64,000 bases of DNA from an uncultured Acidobacteriota bacterium (lineage in GTDB: Bacteria > Acidobacteriota > Thermoanaerobaculia > UBA5066 > Gp7-AA6), in the NCBI GenBank assembly GCA_963764025.1, contig CAVXRK010000009.1, positions 175,442-239,441 on the forward strand. Reading direction: 5' to 3'. This document shows, one piece after another, positions 37,101 to 47,775 of this stretch. The notes under the pieces were generated by a model. That model ran no database searches. It worked only from the letters and a program-made list of their open reading frames with translations, and had not been told where the DNA came from. Every line of letters starts with the position of its first letter. Position 1 is the first letter of the stretch. The translations under genes were made by a program, and so were the position numbers.

Positions 37101-37615
37101 AACAGACCGTCAAGATCGCGGGCGTCCTCGGCAACCTCAAGAAGCAGAAGATCAAGAAGGGCGTCAACGAGGGCAAGACGATGCTCAAGGCCTCCCTCGA
37201 GGACACGAGCGGGACGGTGCCCGTCGCCATCTTCGCGAGCCTCTACGAGAAGGTGCAGGGCTGGGTCAAGGACGACCTGCCGGTCCTCGCCACCGCGAAC
37301 GTGCGGGAGTCGGGCGGGGCGCTCGAGTTGACGATCCAGGAGATCACGCCGCTCGAAGGAATCCGGGAACGGCGGGCGCGGGAGCTCGCGATCAGGGTCA
37401 ACCTGGCGTACGCGGACGAGACCGTGCTCGAGCGGCTCCAGGAGCGCCTGCGCCGGCACCCGGGCACGACGCCCGTCTCCATCCGCCTCATCCGGCCGGG
37501 GGAATTCGAAGCCACGCTGAAGGCGGCCGACTCGATGCGCATCGCGCCCTCGCCGCGTCTGACGAGCGAGATCCAGGCCCTGGCGGGGGAGGGGTCGGTC
37601 GAGTACGTCTTCTAG
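34130..37615 (+). CDS. dnaE: DNA polymerase III alpha subunit
   Basis: 1161 aa from MPGDFVHLHLHSQYSLLDG (PHP domain). GPGRGSAAGS, PDIDIDF, C-terminal OB fold. Confidence 0.97.
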   Translation: MPGDFVHLHLHSQYSLLDGANKLPELCKRVAELGMPAVAVTDHGNMFGAFHFFHEALQNGVRPIIGVEAYIAPGDRRDREEKAASESGEGYAYHLTLLAATQKGYRNLVRLVSEAYTSGFYHRPRMDKALLREHAEGLIGLSGCLKGEVAGALSRGNFGAAKRAFLEYEEIFGKGNFYVEIMDHGLPQQTAIVPDLLRLATETGAPAVATNDSHYLRRDDAFPHEVLLCIGMGKTLEDERRMRFYNDEFYVKDPDEMLARFKSWSVEAVTNTVAVAERCAVSFDTDGLHLPTFTAPDGRPPADYFRDLAREGLERRLAELDAEAGAGVERIPTEKYRERLEYEITVIEKMGFPSYFLIVSDFIRHAREKGIAVGPGRGSAAGSIVSWALRITEIDPLRYDLLFERFLNPERISMPDIDIDFCQARRGEVIEYVTKKYGRENVAQIVTFSQLKPKLAVRDVARVLSLPVALGDRIAKLVPDGPDVNFERAFRDSPGLKEAMASDESIAKVVRIAERLEGLSRHAGMHAAGVVIAPRPITEYLPLYRTNKDEITTQFDMNAVEKMGLLKIDFLGLITLDVLEATVAAVKERLGATIDLDHLPLDDEPTFELFRSGRTACVFQFDSGGMRDLLRRAKPRVFPDLAALNALYRPGALDAGTVEDYVRRRGGTRVTYPLPELEPILAETLGILVYQEQVMRIAQTVAGYSLAEADLLRKAIGKKKREIMEAEAEKFLRRSVEHGTPRKKAQELWSLIEPFARYGFNKSHAVAYALVAYKTAYLKAHYPVDFFAANLSAEIGSTDGIVKVLGDCQESGIPVLPPDINESAESFAAVGSSIRFGLAAIKGVGEAAAHAILDERTKKPFVSFTDFTERMDSRLVNKRTLDALISAGAFDSLGKNRATLAAACERALARAARRREEAELGQSNLFGGGPVEEGSAGDDFPHLPEWPLDQKLKGEKDTLGFYVTGHPLTRFADEIERFAEARIADLAGRVEQTVKIAGVLGNLKKQKIKKGVNEGKTMLKASLEDTSGTVPVAIFASLYEKVQGWVKDDLPVLATANVRESGGALELTIQEITPLEGIRERRARELAIRVNLAYADETVLERLQERLRRHPGTTPVSIRLIRPGEFEATLKAADSMRIAPSPRLTSEIQALAGEGSVEYVF

Positions 37616-37658
37616 CGCGCCGTCCCTGGCGTCTCTGCCGGCGGCGGCGCGGCGCGCC

Positions 37659-38855
37659 GTGCGCGCGGCCGGCGCCCTCGCCCGCGAGCGGAGAGAGCGC
37701 GCGTGGCTCGTCGGCGGCGCGGTCCGGGACCTTCTCCTGCGGCGGCCGGTGCGCGACGTGGATCTCGCGGTCGAGGGCGACGCCGCGACGTTCGCCGGAG
37801 CGCTCGCGGCGAGGCTCGGCGCGACCCCCACGGTCCACGCGCGATTCGCGACGGCGACGCTCGAGCTTCCGGGCGGCGGGAGGCTCGACATCGCCGGCAC
37901 GCGGCGGGAGACGTATTCGCACCCGGGCGCGCTGCCCGTCGTCGAGGGCGGCGCCTCGATCCGGGCGGATCTCGCGCGCCGCGACTTCTCGATCCACGCC
38001 CTGGCAATCGAGCTCGCTCAGGGCGCCCGGCTGGTGGATCCGTTCGGGGGACGGGACGACCTGGCGTGCCGCCGGATCCGTTTCCTTCATCCGGCGTCGC
38101 CCGCGGACGATCCCACGCGCGCGCTCCGCGCGGTGCGCTACGCCGGGCGGCTGGGATTTCGCATCGCTCCCGAGGCGCGCCGTCAGATCGCCGCGGCGGT
38201 CGCGGGGAGGGCGTTCGACGCGGTTTCGGGGGACCGGCTGCGCCGGGAGCTGGCGCTCATCCTGTCGGAGCCGCAGCGCCGCGGGGCGCCGGCGCTCCTG
38301 CGGAGCCTCGGCGTGGATCGCGCGATCGCGCCGGGCCTGGCCCGCGCGGCTCGGGGCGCCGGGGGCCGCCTTGCCCGCGTGACCACGCGGCTCGGGTCGG
38401 AGGGCGCCTCGCCCGGGTGGTTTTGTTACCTTCTCGCGTGGATGGCAGAGTCCACGCCGCGCGATATCCGCGAGGTCGCCGCCCGGCTCGCCGTCGCGGG
38501 ACGGGAAGGCCAGGTGCTCCGCCGCTGGCCCCGGACGCGTCGGCAGTTGTCCGCCGGACTCGCGGGCCTCGCGCCCTCGAAACGCCGGCGTCTCGTCGCC
38601 GGGCTGGCCGCCGACGAGGTCTTCGCCGCGGCGTCGCTTCTCGGAGCGAGGGACCGCCGCGTCCTCCTCGAAACCTTTGCGAGGCGCGCCCCGGAGCTCG
38701 CCGTTTCCGGCGCGGACCTGCTCTCGCACGGCGTGCCGCCGGGTCCGGCCATCGGCCGGGCGCTGGAGGCGACGCGCGCGGCACGGGAGGATGGAAGAAT
38801 CGACGCGGCCGGGGAGCTCGGTTTCGCGCTCGCCGCCGCGCGGAGGCGCCGGTGA
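37659..38855 (+). CDS. CCA-adding enzyme / poly(A) polymerase family nucleotidyltransferase
   Basis: 398 aa. GGAVRDLLL..VRDVDL head-domain motif, RRDFSIHA, DPTRALRAVRYA. Confidence 0.8.
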   Translation: MRAAGALARERRERAWLVGGAVRDLLLRRPVRDVDLAVEGDAATFAGALAARLGATPTVHARFATATLELPGGGRLDIAGTRRETYSHPGALPVVEGGASIRADLARRDFSIHALAIELAQGARLVDPFGGRDDLACRRIRFLHPASPADDPTRALRAVRYAGRLGFRIAPEARRQIAAAVAGRAFDAVSGDRLRRELALILSEPQRRGAPALLRSLGVDRAIAPGLARAARGAGGRLARVTTRLGSEGASPGWFCYLLAWMAESTPRDIREVAARLAVAGREGQVLRRWPRTRRQLSAGLAGLAPSKRRRLVAGLAADEVFAAASLLGARDRRVLLETFARRAPELAVSGADLLSHGVPPGPAIGRALEATRAAREDGRIDAAGELGFALAAARRRR

Positions 38856-39506
38856 GCCCCGCGCTCGTCTTCGCCTTCGCCGCGGCCGTCGCGACGACTC
38901 CCGTCCCCGAGCCCGCGGCGACCCCGGTGTCCGGCCCCACGTTCTGCGCGGAGTGGATCCGGCAGTCCAACGAGGGCTACGACCGCCTGACCCTGTTTCG
39001 CGACGGCACGCTCGTCTGGAAGACGAGCCGCGGAGGGAAGGAGGAGGTCAAGCGCGAGCGCCTCGCGCCGGCGGAGCTCGATTTCTACTGCGAGTTCTTC
39101 GCGCGGCCGGATCTGTGGACGATCGCGCCCGACCGGCGGACGGGGCTCGCGGGCGAGCTCGCCTCGTCCTCGGCCGTGACCCTCGTGCGGTCGCAACGGC
39201 GACCGGCGGACGATCCGGTTCGACGAGTTCTCGACGGACACGGCCGAGAGCTCGTCGCTGCGCTCGGCCCTTGAAGGCCTCAAGGGGCTCTTCCTCTCGC
39301 CGCTCGCTCCGGTCACGCGCTTCCATCCGGACCTGCTCTCTCCCGGGACTCTGCTGCGGCGCTTCGACGGCGCGATCTTCCAGGTCCGCCGGCTCGAGAA
39401 GCAGTCAGGCTTCGTCGAGATCGTGGGGGTCACCGAGCCTTACTCGCAGTTCCTGAAGATCGAGGAGCTGCGTTTCCAGTTCGCGCCGCCCGAAGCGAAA
39501 CCATGA
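38852..39506 (+). CDS. Hypothetical exported protein, +1 frame disruption near 39190-39200
   Basis: GTG at 38852 (GTGA overlap with the cca-family stop). Frame of ORF 37703..39274 up to ..AVTLVRS, then the next frame (NGDRRTIRFDEF...IEELRFQFAPPEAKP) ending in an ATGA overlap with rsmD. The span is 655 nt, which is 218 codons plus 1. Confidence 0.5.
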
Positions 39507-40063
39507 GCCGCCGCCGCGCGGCGCCCTCCCTCGTGCGGATCCTGGCGGGCGCATGGAGAGGGCGACGGCTCGACGTCCCCGAGGGGGCACGGCCCACGTC
39601 CAGCCGCGCGCGCGCCGCGCTCTTCGATCTCCTGGGGCCGGACCGGATCGCGGGCTCGCGCTTCCTCGACCTCTTCGCGGGAACGGGCGCGGTGGGTCTC
39701 GAAGCGGTGTCGCGCGGCGCCGCCGCGGCGGTCCTGGTCGAGGCCGACGCCCGGGCGCTCGCGAAGACGCTCGAACGGCTCGGCGAGCCGGCCGAGCGGG
39801 TCCGTCTCGCCGCGGGGCCGGCCGCCTCGGCGCTCGCCGCCCTCGAGCGGTCGGGCGAGCGCTTCGACGTGATTTTCGCGGATCCACCCTACGCACGGGG
39901 CGCGGAAGGCGAGGTTCCCCGGGCGGCCGCCCTCCTCGCCCCGGGCGGCGTCCTGGTCGTCCAGTCCGACGCCGGACCGGCGCCGTCGACGCCCCCGGGG
40001 TTGAGGGCCCTCCGCCCCCGTGCCTACGGGCGTAACGTCTTCCATTTCTTCGAGATTCTTTGA
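39503..40063 (+). CDS. rsmD: 16S rRNA (guanine966-N2)-methyltransferase
   Basis: 186 aa. RPTSSRARAALFD, LDLFAGTGAVGLEA, FADPPY motifs. Confidence 0.85.
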   Translation: MSRRRAAPSLVRILAGAWRGRRLDVPEGARPTSSRARAALFDLLGPDRIAGSRFLDLFAGTGAVGLEAVSRGAAAAVLVEADARALAKTLERLGEPAERVRLAAGPAASALAALERSGERFDVIFADPPYARGAEGEVPRAAALLAPGGVLVVQSDAGPAPSTPPGLRALRPRAYGRNVFHFFEIL

Positions 40064-40126
40064 CGGGGCGGCCCCTGAAATGCTAGCCTTCGCGGTTTCG
40101 ACGGGCAGCCGATCAGCACAACCTGA

Positions 40127-42667
<2,541 letters not shown>

Positions 42668-42685
42668 GCCGTCCGCCTCCGGGTT

Positions 42686-42706
42686 CCCCCGCCGTCCGGG
42701 CGGGGG
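42686..42706. terminator. GC hairpin between the convergent ahcY and lptFG genes
   Basis: cccccgcc-gtccg-ggcggggg (8-bp stem). Confidence 0.4.
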
Positions 42707-42759
42707 AGCCACCCTAAAACGTCAGGCGCGCGCCGATTCCGACGCGACGCGGGAACCGC

Positions 42760-45048
42760 TCACGTTCGGACGCGCGCCAGGAAGTACGTCGCGGCGAGGC
42801 CGAAGATCACGTTGGGCGACCAGGCCGCGAGCGGGGGTGGCAGCGCGCCGACTTCGCCGAGCTTCGTGACGAAGGCCGAGGCCACGAGGGTGAGGATCCC
42901 GAGACCGAGCCCCAGGCCCACCCCCGCGAGCGCGCCCCGGCGGCCGACCCGGAAGGCGAAGGGCACCGCCAGAAGCACCATCACCGGGAGAAGCGCCGGC
43001 TGCGCGAGCTTCGACTGCAGGGCCGTCTCGAGACCCGAGGTCGGATAGCCGCCGGCCCGCAGATGGCGGGTCAGTCGTTCGAGCTCGCGAAAGCGCATCT
43101 CTTCGGGCCGGCGGCGCGTGGCGACGATCGAGGCCGGGGGGTCGCCCTCCACGCGGTCCTCGACGAAACGGCGGTACGGCTCGGCGCCGTTGCCGGCGAA
43201 GGAGCGGGTCCAGCCGTCCTTGAGCGTCCACTGCCCGCCGCTCCAGACGGCCTCGCGGGCGTCGGTGCGGTCCGCGAGGGAGTAGTCCGGGGCCAGGCGG
43301 AAGATGGCGACCCCGAGCAGGGCATTGCGGGCGGGGACGCTTTCCTCGCGGAACCAGATGCTCCCGTCGCGCGCGAGGTACCAGTTGCGCTCGGCCGCGG
43401 TCCGGATGCCGTAGTCCGGCGGACGGCCGTAGATGACGTTGCGGAAGCGGGCCTGGCGCTGCTCGGCGAGGGGAAGGACGTACTCGCCGACGGCGAAGGC
43501 GAGCACGGATAAAACCCCGGCCGCGAAGAAGACGGGGAGGGCGAGCCGGAAGAGGGAGACTCCCGAGGCGCGGAACGCCGTGTCCTCGGCGTTCTTCGAA
43601 AGCACGCCGAGGCCGACCAGCGTCGCGAGCAGCACGGCGAACGGCGCGATCTGGACCGCGATCGACAGGATGAAGTAACGGTAGTAGCCGAAGACGACGG
43701 CGGCGGGAGGGTGGTGCCGCGCGACCTCGTCGAGCTTGTCGGCGTAGTCGACGACCACGGCGAGCAGGACCGCGGAGGCGAAAACCAGGCCGAGCGCCGA
43801 GAGAAATCGGGCGAGCACGTACCGGTCGACGAGCGACAGAAAGCCGAGCCGGGGGCGGGACGCCGCGGAGGCCCGGATGGCGCGCAGGGCGGTTCCCGTC
43901 CGGGTCGGCTCGGCGATCGGCGGCCGCGGGGCATGGGGAGCGCGGCCGGCCGGCCGCCAGAGCGCCGCGCCGACGCCGAGGGCGACGAGCAGCAGGTTGG
44001 GCAGCCACATCGCCAGGGCCGGGGGGACGCGGCCCTCCTGGGCCCAGGTCTCGCCGCTCGAGAGGAGAAGGTAATAGCCGAGCAGGATGGCGAGCGAGAG
44101 GGCGAAGCTTCCCCCGCGGCCTCCGCGCCGGAGGGCCTGCGCCAGGGGAACGCCGACCAGCGCGAATGCGAGGCACGCCACCGGGATCGCGAATTTCTTG
44201 TGGATCTCGACCCAGGCGAGGCGGCGGCTTTCCGCGGGCGACGGACTGGCGTGCGCGGCCTGCCAGAGCTCCGGAAGCGTCTGGGACCGCAGGCCCCGCT
44301 GGACCCGGACGCTCGCGCCGGGCGGCGGCGACGTGTCGCCGGCGAGCAGCAGCCGCTGCGTCTCGTTCTGGCTCGTCCGGTCGCGCGACGGGTCGGCCGC
44401 GTCGAGCTCGTGCACGGTCGACTGGAAGAGGTCGAGCCAGAGCCGGTCGCCCTCGAGCGTCAGCGTGCCGCGTTGCGCGACGATGATCCGGTTGGGCGGC
44501 TCGGACTCGTCGCCGAGGCGAAGGAACACGCCTTCGAACGAGCGACCGTCCGCGGATGCGCGGTCGAAGAAGAAGGTGATGCCGGGCCGCGGCTCACGGA
44601 AGGTGCGGGGCGCGACGAGGTTGACGATGGAGGTCGTGGCGACGCGCACCATGGAGGCCTGGAGGGCCTCGTTCGCGGGCGGCAGAACCACGTTGTAGAT
44701 GAAGAGGACGAGGACCGAGGCGGCAGCGGCCGCGCCGAGCACCGGGCGGTACAGCGCCCCCGGTCCGACGCCGCAGGAGCGAAGGGCGATGAGCTCCGAG
44801 TCCGTGTTCAGCCGGCCGAGGCCGACGAGGACGCCGAGGAGGAAGGCCATGGGGAGGGTGAGCACCACGATCCACGGCAGCGAAAGACCGATGAGCCGGC
44901 CGACTTCGATGAAAGGGGCGCTGCGTCGCACCGCGAAGTCCGCGAGCATGAAGATCGTCCGGATGAGCAGGATGAAGGTGTAGGCCGCGAAGCCCAGGAG
45001 GAAGGGCGGCCAGATCTCGCGAATCACCGATCGGGAGATCAGGCGCAT
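42760..45048 (-). CDS. LPS export permease, LptF-like and LptG-like halves in one 762-aa ORF
   Basis: Two YjgP/YjgQ units. Residues 1-375 start MRLISRSVIREIWPPFLLG. Residues from about 395 start LSLVDRYVLARFLSALG. Each unit has 3+3 TM segments and a periplasmic beta-jellyroll. Confidence 0.85.
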   Translation of the reverse strand: MRLISRSVIREIWPPFLLGFAAYTFILLIRTIFMLADFAVRRSAPFIEVGRLIGLSLPWIVVLTLPMAFLLGVLVGLGRLNTDSELIALRSCGVGPGALYRPVLGAAAAASVLVLFIYNVVLPPANEALQASMVRVATTSIVNLVAPRTFREPRPGITFFFDRASADGRSFEGVFLRLGDESEPPNRIIVAQRGTLTLEGDRLWLDLFQSTVHELDAADPSRDRTSQNETQRLLLAGDTSPPPGASVRVQRGLRSQTLPELWQAAHASPSPAESRRLAWVEIHKKFAIPVACLAFALVGVPLAQALRRGGRGGSFALSLAILLGYYLLLSSGETWAQEGRVPPALAMWLPNLLLVALGVGAALWRPAGRAPHAPRPPIAEPTRTGTALRAIRASAASRPRLGFLSLVDRYVLARFLSALGLVFASAVLLAVVVDYADKLDEVARHHPPAAVVFGYYRYFILSIAVQIAPFAVLLATLVGLGVLSKNAEDTAFRASGVSLFRLALPVFFAAGVLSVLAFAVGEYVLPLAEQRQARFRNVIYGRPPDYGIRTAAERNWYLARDGSIWFREESVPARNALLGVAIFRLAPDYSLADRTDAREAVWSGGQWTLKDGWTRSFAGNGAEPYRRFVEDRVEGDPPASIVATRRRPEEMRFRELERLTRHLRAGGYPTSGLETALQSKLAQPALLPVMVLLAVPFAFRVGRRGALAGVGLGLGLGILTLVASAFVTKLGEVGALPPPLAAWSPNVIFGLAATYFLARVRT

Positions 45049-45055
45049 CGGGACG

Positions 45056-45085
45056 ATAGTGCAGAGCGTGGAGGGGGTTTGTAAA
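45056..45085 (-). promoter_or_regulatory. Candidate promoter of lptFG: TTTACA-N18-CACTAT, with the -10 box 7 nt from the ATG
   Basis: The minus strand reads TTTACAaaccccctccacgctctgCACTATcgtcccgATG. No SD. Confidence 0.3.
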
Positions 45086-45129
45086 GCACCGTCGGGGTCG
45101 GCTCGATGTCGTATTTTACATAATATATC

Positions 45130-45587
45130 TTATCGGACACTGTGGGTCGTGCGCCGGTTCTGCCGGATGAGCGTCGCGAGCATCGTGGTCACGACCGCTC
45201 CGGCGCTCGATCCGGTCCCGGCCATGACGTCGGCCGCCGCCACGGTCAGCGTCCGCCCCGCGCGCAGGACCCGGCCGCGCGCGACGAACAGTTCTCGGTC
45301 CGCGGGCCGGAGCAGGTTCAGCTTGAACTCGACCGAGAGCACCTCGCTGTCGGTGGGCATGAGCGTGTAGGCCGCGTAGCCGCACGCGCTGTCGGCGATC
45401 GCCGTCAGGACGCCGGCGTGGAGGTAGCCGTGTTGCTGCGTCAGGTCGGGCCGGCGCCGCAGCGCATGTCGACCTCGCCCGGCTCGACGCGCTCGAGCGA
45501 GGCGCCGAGGAGACGCATCAGGGCCTGGGCCTCGAAGCTCTTCCGCACGCGGGCGGCGAACTCGGGATCGGAGGCCGCGAAGGTCAC
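45130..45587 (-). CDS. PaaI/4HBT-type hotdog thioesterase, -1 frame disruption near 45455-45470
   Basis: The N-terminal part (VTFAASDPEFAARVRKSFEAQALMRLLGASLERVEPGEVDMR) runs into a TGA. It continues one base back in frame (RRPDLTQQHGYLHAGVLTAIADSACGYAAY + ORF 45130..45360). The span is 458 nt, which is 153 codons minus 1. Confidence 0.7.
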
Positions 45588-45617
45588 GATCGACCGGCGC
45601 TCTGTCGTCGCGAGCCG

Positions 45618-46469
45618 TTACTTCTTCGTCAGCTCCAGCTCACCGGACTCGAGCTGCTTGAGGACACCGCGGAGGGCATCGATCAGCTCGGCCTTGGCGA
45701 CCCGGGACTTGTGGAAGGAGATGTTGAGCTTGAAGGGCCCGTCCTTGGGCGAGTAGACGAAATGGAAGGCGCGCCGCTTCATGTTATCCGGCTCCCCGGC
45801 CTTCCCCTTCTTCTGCTCGCGGAGGTCGTCGCGTGTCGAGCCCGCGATGACCGCGGCGATCGCCGCCTCCATTTTCCGCCGGTCGCCGAGTCTCGCGATC
45901 TCGAGAAGCACCGAGCGCGCGTCGATGTCGGCGCGCCGACATTTCTCGCGGAGATCCTCCGGGATGTCGAGCAGCGACATCGTTTCGGTGATCGAGACGC
46001 GCGACCGGCCGATGGCCGTCGCGACCTGCTGCTGGGTGTATCCGTGGGTCTCGGCGAGCGCCGCGAAGCCGGCGGCCTCCTCGAAGGGATGGAGGTCGCG
46101 CCGGTGGAGGTTCTCGATCAGGGCGATCTCGAGGACCTCGTTGTCGGGAACGTCAAGCTCGATGCACGGAACTTCCCCGAGTCCGGCCTCGAGCGCCGCG
46201 CGGAAGCGCCTCTCTCCCGCGATGATCCGAAACCGTCCATCCGGCAGCGGCCGGACGAGGATGGGCTCGAGGACCCCCTTGGACTGGATCGACTTCTTGA
46301 GCTCGTCGAGGTCGCCGACGCTCCGGCGCGGCTGCTCCGGGTTGGTCTCGATCTCCTCGATCGGCACGAGTCGACCGATCGAGGGCCCGAAGCGCTCCGA
46401 GAGCGAGTCGACGAAGTGGGCGTCGTGCTTCATGTGGGATTCGGCGGGCAGGCCGCGGCGTTTAGACAC
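45618..46469 (-). CDS. parB: Chromosome partitioning protein ParB (Spo0J)
   Basis: 283 aa. ILVRPL..FRIIAGERRFRAA, the LIENLHRRDL box and HTH QQQVATAIGRSRVSITE. Confidence 0.9.
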   Translation of the reverse strand: MSKRRGLPAESHMKHDAHFVDSLSERFGPSIGRLVPIEEIETNPEQPRRSVGDLDELKKSIQSKGVLEPILVRPLPDGRFRIIAGERRFRAALEAGLGEVPCIELDVPDNEVLEIALIENLHRRDLHPFEEAAGFAALAETHGYTQQQVATAIGRSRVSITETMSLLDIPEDLREKCRRADIDARSVLLEIARLGDRRKMEAAIAAVIAGSTRDDLREQKKGKAGEPDNMKRRAFHFVYSPKDGPFKLNISFHKSRVAKAELIDALRGVLKQLESGELELTKK

Positions 46470-47217
46470 GGGAAAGGACCTCCTCGGAAAGGGAGTAATA
46501 CTCCGCGGCGCCCGACGAGCGGGGCGCGAAGGTGAAGATCGACTCCTGGTGCGCGGGGCTCTCCTCCAGGCGCACGCTCTTGGAGATCGTCGTCTTGAAG
46601 ATCTTCTTGCCGAAAACCCCGGCGATCTGCCTGTAGACGTCCTTGCCGAGGACCGTCCGCTTGTCGTGGAGCGTGATGACGACGCCCAGGATCTGGAGAT
46701 TGGGATTCGGGCGGGCCTTGATCTTGTCGATCGTCTCGAGCAGGTCGTCGGTCCCCTCGAGGGCGAAATAGGACGACTGGATCGGGATCAGGATGTGGCT
46801 CGAGGCGACCATGGCGTTGACGGTGATCATCCCGAGGGTCGGCGGCGTATCGATCAGGATCGCATCGTACGAGCGCCGGACCGCGTCGATCTTGTCCCGG
46901 AGCCGGAAGTGCCCGTCGATCTCTCCCAGGAGCTTCGACTCGAGCTTGGCGAGCGAGATGCGGGCCGGGGCGATGTCGAGGCTCTTCATGCCCGAGGGCC
47001 GGATGATGTCCTTGAGCTTGATCTCCGGGTCCGTCATGACGTCGAACATCGACTTCTCGACCGTACGCCGATCGAGGTAGGACATGGTGCTGTTGCCCTG
47101 GGGGTCGAGGTCGATCAGGAGGGTCTTCATCCCCTTCTGGGCCATGGCGGCCGCGAGATTGATCGCCGTGGTGGTCTTCCCGACTCCGCCTTTTTGGTTG
47201 GTAATCGAGATGATCAC
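46462..47217 (-). CDS. parA: Chromosome partitioning ATPase ParA (Soj)
   Basis: From GTG at 47217. IISITNQKGGVGKTTTAINLA is the deviant Walker A motif. 8-nt overlap with parB. Confidence 0.92.
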   Translation of the reverse strand: MIISITNQKGGVGKTTTAINLAAAMAQKGMKTLLIDLDPQGNSTMSYLDRRTVEKSMFDVMTDPEIKLKDIIRPSGMKSLDIAPARISLAKLESKLLGEIDGHFRLRDKIDAVRRSYDAILIDTPPTLGMITVNAMVASSHILIPIQSSYFALEGTDDLLETIDKIKARPNPNLQILGVVITLHDKRTVLGKDVYRQIAGVFGKKIFKTTISKSVRLEESPAHQESIFTFAPRSSGAAEYYSLSEEVLSRV

Positions 47218-47279
47218 GAACCGGAGTATAGCTTCCGGATCGCGGCTTTCAGCCTGGCGTCGGGAACAGGAGGCCGGCG

Positions 47280-47768
47280 TTACATCCGATACTTGCCGAG
47301 CTCGTCCGGGCTCGCCTCTTCGAGCCACTTCCTGAGCCGGTCGGGGTCCTGATCGGAGTCGGTGCGCAGGTTGCGGCTCTTCTCGAGCACGTCTTCCTCG
47401 ACGAAGATCTCGGCCTGCGAGCGCAGGGCGAGCGCGATCGCGTCGCTCGGCCGGCTGTCGACCGAGAGCGAGTCGCCTCCCCGGTTCAGGTGGATCCGCG
47501 CGAAGAAGGTGTTTTCGCGCAGGTCGTTGATCACGACGCGCTCGACGCGGGTGTCGAGCTCGGCGAGGAGGTTCTTGAGCAGGTCGTGCGTCATCGGGCG
47601 CGGCGTCGAGACCTTTTCCATCTCGAGGGCGATGGCGTTGGCCTCGAAGATGCCGACCCAGATGGGAAGGAAGTGGCCCTTCTCGAGGTCCCGCAGGATC
47701 ACCACCGGCATGTTCGAGACCGGGTCCATCAACAGGCCCTTGATTTCCATCTTGATCATGTTCGGCAC
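47280..47768 (-). CDS. Bifunctional nuclease (BFN/DUF151) family protein
   Basis: 162 aa. PVVILRD....LPIWVG..EA.AI......RPMTHDL and ARIHL....SVDSRPSDAIALALR are typical of DUF151. Confidence 0.8.
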   Translation of the reverse strand: MPNMIKMEIKGLLMDPVSNMPVVILRDLEKGHFLPIWVGIFEANAIALEMEKVSTPRPMTHDLLKNLLAELDTRVERVVINDLRENTFFARIHLNRGGDSLSVDSRPSDAIALALRSQAEIFVEEDVLEKSRNLRTDSDQDPDRLRKWLEEASPDELGKYRM

Positions 47769-47775
47769 CCCACCC

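Noticed and set aside
30980-37900. Giant 2306-aa ORF on the minus strand
   Set aside because: Only its last 357 codons (30980-32053) encode a recognisable protein, the aminotransferase. The rest is Arg/Gly/Pro-rich low-complexity translation running antisense or off-frame to the APC permease, the 33385-34053 gene and dnaE. This is a typical stop-poor shadow frame in high-GC DNA.
45618-47217. parAB as an indicator of a nearby replication origin
   Set aside because: No dnaA, dnaN or gidAB gene and no cluster of TTATCCACA-like boxes is seen in the flanking intergenic regions. The AT-rich block at 45111-45134 contains no DnaA box.
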